From NCBI GenBank assembly GCA_951406725.2, contig OX597830.1, forward strand, positions 20,460,001 through 20,524,000: a stretch of DNA of 64,000 nucleotides, given 5' to 3'. Origin of the DNA: Octopus vulgaris (Eukaryota). Below are positions 44,456 through 60,724 of the stretch, in pieces (within the stretch, counting starts at the first letter, position 1; each line of letters starts with the position of its first letter). The position numbers and the translations under genes were made by a program. The notes under the pieces are model-generated. The model searched no databases. It was not told where the DNA came from and saw nothing but the letters and a program-made list of their open reading frames with translations.

Positions 44456-45725
44456 TGAGAAAGTTGGTGTGTGAAAGCACGTGGTTGGTTGGATATATAG
44501 AAAAGAGTGAAAAAACTACAGAAGGCTTGTTTTATATGTTAAAGAATATATTTAAGTCGTTATGTTAGAAAAATGTTATAAAATTTTGCATATAGTAATA
44601 GTTTTTGGAGAGAAATTACCGGTTTCGTGTTAACTTTTCAAATTTCTCAAATGTCTTTACCTACATCGTGTCATGTCTTCGTTATGAAGTGCAAAGAAGA
44701 GTTCCAGACAGGGGGAGGTAATAAGAGATTTCTTCCGGTATAAGGGAGATAATCGCTTTATATTTCTTTTCCCCTTTTTTAATGAGATGAGTTTCTCTGT
44801 ATAAGAATGTTAGGATGGTTAAGTTCAGGCTTATATTTTTCAATGAAGAATGTTTCCTTGTTTAATCTAATTTGTGTTGGTGTTCCAATAGCACATTGAT
44901 AGAATGGAAAGATTAAAAATTGTGGTAGTAGTTGTTTTGCGCATTTCTCAATATGCTCACTAAAGGGTATCATTCTGTATTCTGGGAATGCAATCTGTTG
45001 TCGATGCAGAGTGCATCTGCGTCTGAGTGATAATCCCGTGGACCCTACGTAGTTTTGGTGGCAGCCCGAGCATCTTATGACATAAATTATGTTTTCAGAA
45101 GCACAAGTAAAATTAGATCTGATCTTGAATTTTTGTCACTCTTTGAAAAGGAATTCTGATCCTTCTAGAAGGTTTGGGCATGTTGCGCAGTTTGGTCTAC
45201 CATATTTTTTTCTTTTGCATCCGTAATTTCAGAAAACAATTTTGCCTTTGTGAGAATCTTTTTAAGTGATTTAGGTTGTTTGTAGCTTTTAATGATTTTA
45301 TGTATGTTTAGAATTTCCTTTAATTTAAGCATTGGTAAATTCTGGGTGATGATGGTGAAGGCTTCTTTGTTTCTGGGGTTGTATGTGGATATGTAAGGCA
45401 GTATTTTCGGGGAAGGTGTATTGTTGTGTTGAACTTTTCTCAAAGTTTCTATGTCGATTTCTGTTGCACGTCTGATCCCATCCTTTATGAGTTGAACTGG
45501 GTAGTGACTGTCAATTAGGGTTTGTAAAAAATGTCTGTTTCTATTTTTAGGTTATTGTTTTAAATCAGTATATCTAAGAATGGAAGCTCCTTTTGGTTGT
45601 ACTCCATTGTGAACTGTATATTTGGTATGATGCTGTTCAATAGGTTTTTGAATGTTAGGAGTTTATCTGTGTTTTTATTCCAGAGTATAAAACAATCGTC
45701 CAGGAATCTTTTCCAATTCTCTTTA
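44455..45725 (-). mobile_element. Penelope-like element (probably Neptune-type): RT C-terminal half, GIY-YIG endonuclease, 3' terminal region
   Basis: WKRFLDDCFILW...IQFTME....LPFLDILI; LPYISTYNP; YKQPKSLKKIL; CATC; FTCASENIIYVIRCSGCHQNYVGSTG..LRRR..LH; RLNKETFFI..YKPELN. Frameshifted. Confidence 0.92.
44610..44648 (-). ncRNA. Degenerate hammerhead in the 3' terminal region of the Penelope-like element
   Basis: gagaaat TTGAAAA gttaacac GAAA CCGG TA atttctc: perfect 7-bp stem I, two core substitutions, same strand as the ORF. Confidence 0.7.
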
Positions 45726-46148
45726 AAAAATTTAAAGCCATTTAAAAAACACGCAAAGATCGTTAGATTCACTTCAACATTTAAATTTAATTTGTCAAAA
45801 TATTTTCGTCGCTTTTTAACATGTAACATGTTCCCTGACAAAATTCGTTTTTTTTTTTAGCTGTTTGTTTTTTGTCTTTGTTGCCGCGCACATTCGCTAG
45901 CTTTTTTTTTACAAAGGGGCCTAATGCTCTTATCTTAGACTTCTTAGGGGGCAACCACATCGAACCATCTCAAGTGTAACTGCCCGAAATGGTCGTGACT
46001 TCTGGAACTTGACTGAGGAAAGAAAGCCAGGAGTGTCCCGTCCTTTTTTTTTTTTTTTGCTTGTCCTTCTAATTGTTGTTTCTCTTGTCTGCATTTGTAT
46101 CGTCCATCTGTCCAAACGTTTTAATGTACTCTATTGCGTTTCTGTTCC

Positions 46149-46281
<133 letters not shown>

Positions 46282-46699
46282 TATATATTTTTGCTACCCA
46301 GGTATCGGTTATCATTTGAATTGTCCGTAATAAGATAATTCATTTATCTACTTCAATATATATATATATATATTCGGACAAGATTGTACACGGTACCGTT
46401 CACCATCCGGCAACCATTGAAGCCCATAAAACATGGCACTTCCGGTATTTATTAAATGATATTTCACTCTAGCTAAATTGAGTTCTTTTTGACTGATACG
46501 GTCATTAAGCAAGCAGTACACCACATGTGTGAGTGTGTGCGTGTGTGTGTGTGTGTGGGTGTGTGTGTGTGTGTGTGTGTGTGCGTGTGTATATATGTGT
46601 GTGGATATATATCTGTGAGTTTGTCTAAGTATGTACATATATATGTATATATATGTGTGTGTGTTCATATGCGTAAGAATGTATGTAAATACGTTTGTG

Positions 46700-46740
<41 letters not shown>

Positions 46741-46826
46741 GTGTGTGTGTTAATATGCGTAAGAATGTATGTAAATACGTTTGTGTATGTGTGTATATAT
46801 ATATATCGATAAATGGTACAACACGG

Positions 46827-46883
<57 letters not shown>

Positions 46884-47029
46884 CATATATACACGCGCGC
46901 GCACACAATTAATAACAAAAACGACACCAACAATAATAATAATGATCAGAGTCCATATATTTCAACATTTTTTCTAAGTTATTATTGTTATCACGATCTT
47001 GTGATTGTTGTCAATTATTTTTGTAATCA

Positions 47030-49385
<2,356 letters not shown>

Positions 49386-49783
49386 AAATGCAATTATGTT
49401 TGCGTAAATAAAACAAAATTAGAGAAAATACAGAAGCGAAAGAGAAAAAAAAATGCTTTATTTGACAGATTAGATTAGAGTTGAACCAGCGTTGCTAGTA
49501 TTGGCCGTTATCCAAAACCACAGATATTGCGCTTGATGTTGTTGCTACTGTTGTTGTTGTTGTTGTTGTTTCTGCTCTTCTATATGAGAAAAGAATAATG
49601 ATCCTCCAGTGCCAGGACCTGCCTCGTTTTCACTCTTTCTCTTACCGTGTCGCTCTTAACGCGAGTATGTATATAAATATATATATATGTGTATGTATAT
49701 ATATGTGTGTGTTTTTGTGTGCGTATGCATGTATGTATATATATATATACGCATATATATTTAGAATATATTTAGAGAGAGAG

Positions 49784-49844
<61 letters not shown>

Positions 49845-49887
49845 ATAGAGCATATATATTTAGAATATATTATAGATATATAGAGAG

Positions 49888-49926
<39 letters not shown>

Positions 49927-50408
49927 ATATTTAGAGAGAGAGTGTATATATATATATATATATATATATTCATATATCTGTACATATATGTACATGTATA
50001 TCTGTATATATCTATATACACACACACATACATGTATTATCCATCCTTTTAGATCTCAAATTCTTATGTCCTTCCAGCATTTATGAAAGAAAATTATTTA
50101 ATCATGTTTCTGTGTGTATATATAGGTATGTATGGTTGACCGCATGTATGGTGTATGTATGCTTGTTTATGTTCATGTACGAGCTTATATTTACACTTGT
50201 GTTAAATTCCTTCATCTGTACGGCGTACGTTTTCTATACATGCTATACGTATACGTACATGCATTAGTATTTGTGTAATATATATAAGTTCAGCAAAATT
50301 TAGATTCAAAGGAATATGGTACTTAAGTCAGATGCACCAGAATTTTGCATGGTATTATCCATATAAATCCACGGGGTGATTATAATCAAAATAAGCAACA
50401 AGAGTAAA

Positions 50409-50492
50409 TGGCTGAAGATTGCTCAACATTTTAAAACTGATGTGATACTTACAATGTTTAATAAAATGATGTAGCATGACACGATCGTACCA
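50409..50492 (+). ncRNA. Type I hammerhead motif (GAAA>GACA) inside a longer inverted repeat
   Basis: tgg CTGAAGA t-tgct...agca-t GACA CGATCG TA cca; flanked by tataatcaaaataagcaacaaga / tcttgttgcttattttgactata. Confidence 0.65.
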
Positions 50493-50523
50493 AATTACCG
50501 AAGATATTCTTGTTGCTTATTTT

Positions 50524-50618
<95 letters not shown>

Positions 50619-51279
50619 TCCAAACAAGAAAGCACAAAAAACACAACAACATGGAACAAATATATAAATATATACATATATACACACGTATGAATTTATA
50701 GAGAAAAAGTATCTATGGGAGAGAGTTTCTAATAGATTGTGATAAATTGATGGTAGAGTATTACATAAATGCACAATCGGCCTGAGTGTAGTCATTCTTT
50801 CATAAAGACAGACACATTTGGTGTTCACAGTTATGTCCCTTGCTTGCTTATTTCCTAATTAAATTTAATGATTTTTTCTTTTGCATCTCACCACGCTTGT
50901 CATTTTAATTGAATACTTTTTCTTGTTGGAGTTTGTGACTTGCTATATAAGTTATCAGTGTCCAGGCGTAATTGTCTGTTTTTCTATCATAAGGCCTACT
51001 TGACAAATTTACTCCCATGATTATTTTGGTGTGCCAAATCTGCGAACGCTTCCTAACTGAAAATTTTCGCAATTCAAGCTGGTACCGTAGAATCAAAGCC
51101 GGCCCCCAACAGTTCGATATGATGTGACAGCATGGCTATAATCCAATGACTGAAAGCGCGCGAAAGAATAGAAAAAATACAAAATCAGAATATTTTTCTT
51201 AATCGTTTTGATTCTAATAAAAACTGCGTGACTAACAATCGTTGAAGAAGTCTTACACTATCGAAACATTTCCAGAGTT

Positions 51280-51652
<373 letters not shown>

Positions 51653-52468
51653 GTGGGCATATACCCCAATAATAACATCGAAAATTACCTTAGGAATGAG
51701 AACCCAGATTGTAAATTTCAACAAGACGCTTGATGGAGGCTGGAGGGTAACAACAAACAAGATGAGGACAAATATCCGTCAAATGTAAATAGTGTAAATA
51801 ATGTACATAATTCCTCATCTCTTAAATATAGAACTGTATCCCCAGAGTTGTCTCAATACTATTAAGCATCAGATTCACTCTTCCCTCCAGTACACGCTTT
51901 CATTCATTTTCATTCATTTCGACTTCGGAGTTGTGTCCCTTGCCTTGTCTAAGAAATTTTCATTAACGGTAACGAATTTTTTTTTCTTTTCACTACGGGT
52001 ACAATTACAATTTGCTAAAAGCTTGTTTTTGTTTACTACAGGAAACGTATTAATCACCCCTATATTGTATGAATGCGTATATATAAAGACACACAAACAT
52101 ACACACACACATACACACACACAAATACTCACAAACGCAGACATACACACACACACATACATATCAATAGAACAGATAGAGAAGTGACGTGATTAGTTTG
52201 CAACTGTTTCATAACCGAATCAGTTATATAATAGACATTACATCACCATTCACTCTTATATAAAATATACATATAAATATATTAGTAGAACCATATATAA
52301 ACGTGCTGTCATTAAACTCATAGACGAATCTTCAGAACGCTTAACGGGGATTCAGAACATCAACTCTACAACATATTGCAAGCTCTCTCAATAGATATAT
52401 AATAGATTTACACGTTACGCGATATAGTTTGTGTTCAAGAAGCAATGACCGTAGATCAATTCAAATTT

Positions 52469-52529
<61 letters not shown>

Positions 52530-52602
52530 CAGATAGATAAATGAATAAATAGATAGATAAATACATAGATGGATAAATAAATAGAGAGAGAGAGAGAGAT
52601 AC

Positions 52603-52676
<74 letters not shown>

Positions 52677-53191
52677 CTATTTCTCGCACTCCCTTCCTCA
52701 CATTCACTTCAATCCTGCCGCTTTTTTCTCGGTCACCATTTCTTTTAATATCGGAATTTCATGTCCCTTATCTACAGCACGAGTAAAATATTTAATCGCT
52801 TCCCCCTCAGTCCCTCCTCTCTCTCTCTCCCATACACGTGCGCGCATGCTCAATCTTACACACACACTCATATATACGCACACAAGCATACAGACACACA
52901 AACATACGGACATTGACGCATCTTATAAAGAAGCTGTGGCCAAGACGTATTTTTGTTTTTAAGCCTAACGTATCAATACTGTGTGGAGATGAATAAATAT
53001 CGGATATGAACACCATATCCGTATGTTTATTAAACACATCAATATGTCAATATGGTCTCCATATACACATTCTTATATATGTCATCCATAAACAGACACA
53101 CAATGTAGGCAAATATATACACTGCATATGCATATATATGGAAATATATATGAAGATGCTTGTGTACATACCTATATATATGCTCCTGAAA

Positions 53192-53782
53192 GGCGACAAG
53201 CTGTCAGAAACGTTAGCACGCCGGGCGAAATGCGTAGCAGTATTTCGGCTGCTGTTACGTTCTGCGTTCAAATTCCACCGAGGTCGACTTTGCCTTTCAT
53301 CCTTTCGCGGTCGATAAATTAAGTACCAGTTACGCACTGGTGTCTCTATGATCGAGTTAATCCGTTTGTCTGTCCTTGTTTGTCCTCTCTGTGTTTATTC
53401 CCTTGTGGGTAGTAAAGAAATAGGTATTTCGTCTGTCGTTACGTTCTGAGTTCAAATTCGCCAAGGTCGACTTTACCTTTCATCCTTTCGAGGTATATAA
53501 ATTAAGTACCAGCAACGCACTGGGGTCGATGTTATCGACTTAGTTCCTTTTTCTGTCCTTGTTTTTTCTCTCTATGTTTAGCCCCTTGTGGGCAATACAG
53601 AAATAAGAAGTGTTACCACGCCGGGTGTAATGCAAAGCAGTACTTCGTCTGTTTTTACGTTCTGAGTTCAAATTACACCGAGGTTGACTTCGCTTTTCAT
53701 CCTTTCGGGGTTGACAAATTAAGTACCAGCTGCGTACTGGAGTTGATCAAAAATTTCAGGCCTAGTGCCTAGTGTAGAGAAG
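53192..53782 (+). mobile_element. Head-to-tail trimer of SINE family B
   Basis: ttacgttctg(a/c)gttcaaatt...ttcatcctttcg...aaattaagtaccag occurs three times; units start at about 53192, 53423 and 53607. Confidence 0.88.
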
Positions 53783-54019
53783 TATAGTTGAGTGTCCCAC
53801 CCGTGAGGGATCGATGCTAGATGTGTCGAAACAATTGTCGTGATTAATAATAAATTCTCGTATATTCCATCCTCCATCTTTCATTTGCCACATGCATATA
53901 TACATACGCATGCACACATACATACTCATATATACATATATATATATATACAGAATACATCAGGAGTTTCCGTAAACTGACGTAAAGTATTAAGCATGCA
54001 CTATGAGTGTTCAGTTCGG

Positions 54020-55144
54020 TTTAACACTAAAACTCTGGTTTGAACTGCAACTGGAAGTTAGAAATTGAAGCAGCTAGAAGTGGTTTCTCCTTGAGCAGGT
54101 AGATATAGATTAAAGTAAAAAGGAAAAAGCAAAACCTTTAATTTAGATGGAAGTAACTAAGAAGCATATTCGCAGCAGAAAGTGCGAGGTATATTAATGT
54201 AGTATATGGAGATCGGACAATAAGGGAAACCCAGAGTCAACGGTGGTTCCTGAAACTCCGAGTCTGAAACTACAGTCTAGAATACGAGCCTCGTCCTGCA
54301 GAATCTATAAATCTCGACGAAGACGTCCTGCAAACCCTGGTGGAGCAAAATCCCATTGTAACTGTCGAGAAACTAGTAGAGAACTTTGGATTTGGTCATT
54401 CAACCATTCATCGGCACTTGCATGCCATCGGAAAAGTCGGCAAATCGTGTCATTGGGTTTCTCACAAACTTTTCAAGTCTAATCGCGTGCAGAGTGAATG
54501 TGTGCTCTTCTATGCTGTTACGTCTCCCTTTTTTTGATTTGTGACGAGAAATGGGTTTTCTATAAAAATGTCAACCACCGAAGACAGTGGGTAGGGAAAG
54601 GAGAAACACAGGCACCCCAGGCGACAGAATGTCTTCGCCCACGTAAAGAGTTGTTATCTGTTTGGTGGGATATGAAAGGTTTAGTCCACTTTGAACTTTT
54701 AAACACAAACCGAACGATAACAAGTAGCTTAAGTCAGCGCTAGAAGAAAAATGACCATCTCTGGTTTCAAGACGAAAAGTGATCCTCCAACAGGATAATG
54801 CTCGGTCGCATACAGCGGGGATGACATTTTATAGGCTGGAGCAGTTTGAATAGGAAACGATGCCTTATCCACCAATATTTGCTGGACATTGCCCCATCCA
54901 ATTATCATTTATTCTACAGTCTCTGACATCATTTGGATGGAAAAGATATGAATTCTGTAGATGAGGTCAGAACAGTACTGGAGGAGTATTTTTCGTCACA
55001 GACAAGTGAATTTTGGAAGAGGGGCCTTGCAAGTTTACCAGATAAATAGAAGAGCATTGTAGAAAATGAAGAAGAGTATATTTTAGATTTAAAAAGTATT
55101 TTGTTTATCTTAAGTATAAAAAAACCGCATTATTTATGGGATGA

Positions 55145-55145
<1 letters not shown>
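54020..55145 (+). mobile_element. Decayed mariner (DD34D-type) transposase, near full length
   Basis: ATG at 54147; WVSHKL, ICDEKWVFYKN, KELLSVWWDMKGLVHFELL, ILQQDNARSH, a frameshifted DIAPSNYHLF and FWKRGLASLPDK. Multiple stops and frameshifts. Confidence 0.92.
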
Positions 55146-55203
<58 letters not shown>

Positions 55204-56506
55204 ATATATAGATATATATGTGTTAGTGCATGACGATACCGTTGTTAAATTTTTCAGGAAAAGTACACCACCACCACCACGCTATTACAACTACTACCAC
55301 TACAACAACAACAAAAAACACTATTACTACAACTACTACTACTACTACTACTATTACTATTACTACTTCTACTACTACTTATTGCTACAATAACTACTAA
55401 TACCACAACTACAAAAATTACGATTACTACAACTACTACCACTACTACTAATATTACTACTACTACCACTAATAATCCTATTACTAGTACAACTATTATC
55501 ACAACCACCACTACCACCACCACCACTACCACTAATACTACTATTACTTCTAGTACTATCCTTGAAACCAGACTGTTACTTGTGTCCTTTATATATCCAT
55601 AAAGAATTAGGGAAATATACTCTGAGACAGATTCTGTAATCAGTGTTAACATGATGTCGTGAGTCAATTATATATCTTCTCAATTAATTAAAACTAAAAA
55701 CCGTCGAGAAGAGGAAGAATAATTAGCAAATTGATCAAATCTAGTAAAGAAAGTTTTGAGGAGAAAAACACAAAATTTTAATTAATTGAAATTGATTTAA
55801 AGTATAATTAAGATCGGGAATAAGAAGAGCGCGATGCGATTTGTAACAAATTATTTACTGAATGGTTTTAACGATATTTAGACAGATCGTCTACCTTCTG
55901 GTTCAAAATGTAAAATGAAAACAACCGCAGTAACACAGAAATTCAAAATATGAACGAGGAAATCCTGCGTCCCTATTTTCATAGAATGACATCATTGGTT
56001 TTCAATTTTCCTGTAATGTAAAATATAATGTACTAATATAATCTGGAGTGGGCTTGACTTCAACAATATGGTGACAACTCTGGTTATGTTTCGATCTTAT
56101 AAGAGTTCCTCAGCGAAGTATAATCTTAACCAGTACTGTCAGATAGCAAAGGTGGAGTATGCGGGTTTGAGCCAAACCTCCCTTAAACATAACATACCTT
56201 AAGCTACAGTAAACACATACAGAGTGGTCGGTCTCTAGGCTTTGCAGACCCCATTGTAAAAAATTACAACACACACACTCATATATGTAAGTTAATGCAC
56301 AAATAATAAATGCACAAACAAACGGAAAACAGACAGAGAAGCTCACAAAATCCCTATCAGTTACTGCCCAGAAGGTCAAATGCAATTTCGCGCCTTCAAC
56401 GATAATATTAACTCTCTCTGGTAACGCCGGTAGCATGAAGTCCCCAGTAGATGGCGAGCCAACGAACAAGGGATCAACAGCCTTATTTTGTTTACTGTGT
56501 ATGTAC

Positions 56507-56544
<38 letters not shown>

Positions 56545-56557
56545 GTTTGCAAAGGCG

Positions 56558-56628
56558 ATCACACTGACGAGCTACGGACAATTACGTAAGTAATTACGTA
56601 AGTGGTAACAGCGAAATTAGTTTGTGAT
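56558..56628 (+). ncRNA. Type I hammerhead ribozyme motif
   Basis: atcaca CTGACGA gct...agc GAAA TTAG TT tgtgat: 6-bp stem I; stem III is one substitution from the palindrome ACTAGT. Confidence 0.75.
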
Positions 56629-56786
56629 TAATCTATATTTTGTTTCTTTTCTTTTGTCTTGCTCGCTTACGTTCTGACGTTTGCTATAATTTTCTTGAGA
56701 ACATTCCTTTCTTAGTGGTAAGACCATAGCGGATCTACTTCTAGCACATGGATGTCCACGTAGTGGTCATCCCTTCTATATGTATG

Positions 56787-56845
<59 letters not shown>

Positions 56846-56850
56846 CATAC

Positions 56851-56912
<62 letters not shown>

Positions 56913-57163
56913 AAGAGAGAGATTTGTGGGATAGAATTATGTATCATCAGTCTGGAGATCTGCCCTGAATTATTGCAACAAAGTTAGGATGGTCATGAGC
57001 CTTATGATCCCCCGTAACTTAGCGGTTCGGCAAAAGAGACCGATAGAATAAGTACTAGGCTTCCAAAGAATATGTCCTGGGATCGATTTTCTCCTCGATT
57101 AAAGTCGGTGCTCCGGCATGGCCACAGTCACATGACTGAAACAAGTAAAAGAATAAAATAGTT

Positions 57164-57223
<60 letters not shown>

Positions 57224-58030
57224 GGAAGAGAGAGAGAGAGAATGCTACATGTATAGACAGATATACTAAACATCTCGACTGTATTTATAACACGAAGACA
57301 TTGTGTGTAAAAACGATGTATTTACATCTGTCGTCTATACATCGAATCCTGGTTAAAAATCTATATTCTGTAGTACTGTATGATATTACCATTGTATATA
57401 TTATATATGTATATATGTGCGTCTGTGTATGTGTGTGTGTGTATGTTTGTGTGTGTGTAAGTATATGTATATGCGTATCTATGTATATGTGTGAGTGTGT
57501 ATATGTATGTAACATATGGTATAATTATGTATGTGTGTATGTATGTGTTTACACTTACACATAAACGCTACCACATGATCACAAGTTTACATCCATTACG
57601 TCACACACACACACACACACACACACGCACATTTTGGCTGCATTCCACACATACACATACATACAAACATACAATCAGGCATGCACACGCATACACACAT
57701 ACACGAACACAAACATACACGAACACTATAAACACAGGCACACAAGCAAGTACTTATTACAGATTTATAGAGGCACAATAAGGACACGCAAAAATACAGA
57801 CATATTCACACATATACACACACATAAAGACATATATACATATGCACACATACACACACACATGCGAATACTTCGGCAATATGACGAATACACAAATGCA
57901 CGTAGACACGCACACAGACTCACACAGCTACACAAGCACACACTTAAACAGAATTACGCAAACACAACCAGGTTACACACAAATATATACACACATATAC
58001 ACACTCAGTGAGAGGGAGAGAGATAGAGTA

Positions 58031-58061
<31 letters not shown>

Positions 58062-58799
58062 AGTAGAGAAAGAGGAAGAGAAAACCAACCAGCCATCCAT
58101 TAATAACGTTAAGCTGTCTACGAGGACGAAGACTGACATCTGTGGATTAACCAGATGTGGATTATGACGACAGAAAAAAGACGTCGGCCATATTGTTTCT
58201 TCTACTTAAGTCCTGTTAAGAGTTGTCTATAAACACACATTTTAAACACCGTTACTCACACTACTCTCACTAATCACTACTCACTCATTACTCATTATTC
58301 ACGAGGAGTAGAAGTGCGGTGTAGTAAGGTGAGTCTAATGGTTACTTAGAAACTAGAATGGCTTCGGGGGTGCTGGGCTGATGAGGGGTGGAAATAGATG
58401 GAAGACTTGGTGTTTAGCACATCTTTAATCGAAGGCTTTCCAACCGTGACCACTCAGTACAATTCAGAGTATTAGGGCTACGTTATCCAATTTATAGAAT
58501 TTTCCTATTTAAAACAGTGGTGCGTGATTTGAGGGTATTTTACTGCTATTCCAAGCAAATCGAACGACGGCTCGTGTGTGACTGTATAAAGCTGATCGTA
58601 TTTCTATTGCTACTACTGCTGCTACTACAGCTGCTGTTACTTCTGCTGCTGTTGCTGCTGCTACTGCTGCTGCTACTACTACTGCTGCTGCTACTACTGC
58701 TGCTGCTACCACTACTACTGCAACTGCTGCTGCTGCTATTGTTGTTGTCGTTGTTGATGGTGGTGTTGTTTAAGTCTTGGTTGTATTTTTTTTATTCTA

Positions 58800-58950
58800 T
58801 AGTTTCCTTTATTTGTGTCAGTCATTTGACTGCGGCCATGCTGGACCATCGCCTTTAGTTGAGCAAATCGAGCCCAGGACTTATTCTTTGTAAGCCTAGT
58901 ACTTATTCTATCGGTCTCTTTTGTCGAACCGCAAAGTTACGGGTGCGTAA
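58800..58950 (-). mobile_element. SINE family A 3' half
   Basis: Matches the tail of 62871-63296. Confidence 0.85.
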
Positions 58951-59044
58951 ACAGAGCACCTAGATTTCCCAAGTGGTCACCCATCTAAGTACTAACTAGG
59001 CTCGACTTTGCTTAACTTCGGTGATCGGACGAGAACCAGTGTTG
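58951..59044 (-). pseudogene. 5S rRNA-derived fragment, 5'-truncated and diverged
   Basis: aacactggttctcgtccgatcaccgaagttaagcaaagtcgagcctagttagtacttagatgggtgaccacttgggaa aligns by eye to the internal control region of invertebrate 5S rRNA. Confidence 0.9.
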
Positions 59045-59334
59045 TTTAATTTTAATTTTAATTTATTTTATTTGTTTATTATTTTCTTTTGTTTCTGCTT
59101 CTGTTGTTGTTATTGTTGTTGCCTTTATTGCGAACATGCAGAATCGTTACCACGCCGGACAAAATGCGTAACAGCATTTCTTCCGGCATTACGTTCTGAG
59201 TTCAAATCCCAGTGAGGTTGACTTTACCTTTCATCCATTCTAGATTGATAGAATAAGAACCAGTCAATCTTTGGAGTCGATTTTATCGACTTGCTCTCTT
59301 CCCCCTAATTTTAGACCTTGTGTTCATAGTAGAA

Positions 59335-60035
59335 AATATTATTATCATTATTATTATTTGATAAAACTCTCAGCTTATTTTGCTGGGTATGATGGAAAGT
59401 GTCAGCTATCCACAGCCAGCAAGACCAAGATGACAATTTTTTTTACTTGTCATGCTTCAAGAACCCTGCGAAGAATTTTTGCAGCTTCAAGCCATGTCGA
59501 TTTTTGTAGATGTTCTATCTTTACATCTGTACCAATCGTTTTCAGCCATGTTAGTAACTGAGTGCTGATACTTCCAAGTGCACCTCTGTCTCTGCTTTGA
59601 GTCCTGAGCTTCTCAACTATTGCTGGGATTTTTCTTAGTCTATTTCTTTTGCATTTAGTTTAGTCCAGTACTTGCCATGAAGGGGCTTTTCCGGCCATCG
59701 TTTTATCATGGTCCGTTGCTGTTCTAGTTTTAGTTTTTGATTTCATTTGCTTTATAGCTTTTGTTGTGTTTTCTTCTTCTTCTTCTTCTTCTTCTTCTTC
59801 TTCTTCTTCTTCTTCTTCTTCTTCTTCTTCTTCTTCTTCTTCTTCTTCTTCTTCTTCTTCTTCTTCTTCTTCTTCTTCTTCTTCATATTTGTTTGGTGGT
59901 ATGATTTCTTGTTTGTATTTGTCAGCTTCCTTAAATACTGAGAAAAAATTTTTGTTTTGCTCGTGTTTTGCCGCAATTTGTATCAGTTTTCCTTGCTTCT
60001 GAAGTAGGTATTTTTGCAGTCCTATGGTCGTTATT
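59335..60035 (-). mobile_element. R4/Dong-clade LINE 3' portion with internal deletion and (GAA)n expansion
   Basis: KRWPEKPLHGKYWTKL...LRSSGLKAETE joined to GALGSISTQLLTWL...HLQKS....AKILRRVLEA*, then a short 3' UTR and (TAA)n. Confidence 0.85.
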
Positions 60036-60386
60036 TGACACAGAAAAAAACAAGGAGAGGTAGTGGCTAACGATCTATCACAGCAATACATTACGTCATC
60101 TCTTTCTTCTCCTTTATCTCTATCACATGACTTTGTAAATGAACAATCTGGTGTGTTTATGTATATATATTTGAAAGCAAGTTCGTTTGTATGTTATGTG
60201 CCCACCTTCGCTATCAAAGGGTCTGTCTATTCTGATTTGTGCGTAATCTTGAATGTAAGGTATTCAATGGTCTGGCAGCAAGGACGCTTCCAAATTTATT
60301 TATAGATGTATGTCGTAAGAGATGATAAAATCTTTTAGTTTCTGGAACATACTTTTATTGAATTAGTACCAGACTAGAAGAAAAAG

Positions 60387-60421
<35 letters not shown>

Positions 60422-60724
60422 AAATAAGAAAAAAGAGAGAAGTACTACGGTTGACTTGTTTCACTAAATCCTTCAAGGTGGTGCTCCAGCATGGTCGCAG
60501 TCCAATGACTGAAGCATTTAAAAGGTAAAAAGATAAAATACATTTTAAAATGGATATCTTATGTGCAAAACATTACATCATGCGTAAGTATTTTTAGATA
60601 TAAAACATGAATTTTAGGAAAATAATCAAAATAAAACTTTACAAAAATAAATAAAACAAAAGGGTATTATACAAGTTAAATATATCAACAGTAAGTAGCG
60701 AGTAATATCGAAAAAGACTTGTCA

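Noticed and set aside
58951-59044. Functional 5S rRNA gene
   Set aside because: The 5' roughly 20 nt are missing, there are multiple substitutions, it is not in a tandem array, and it is fused to a SINE tail.
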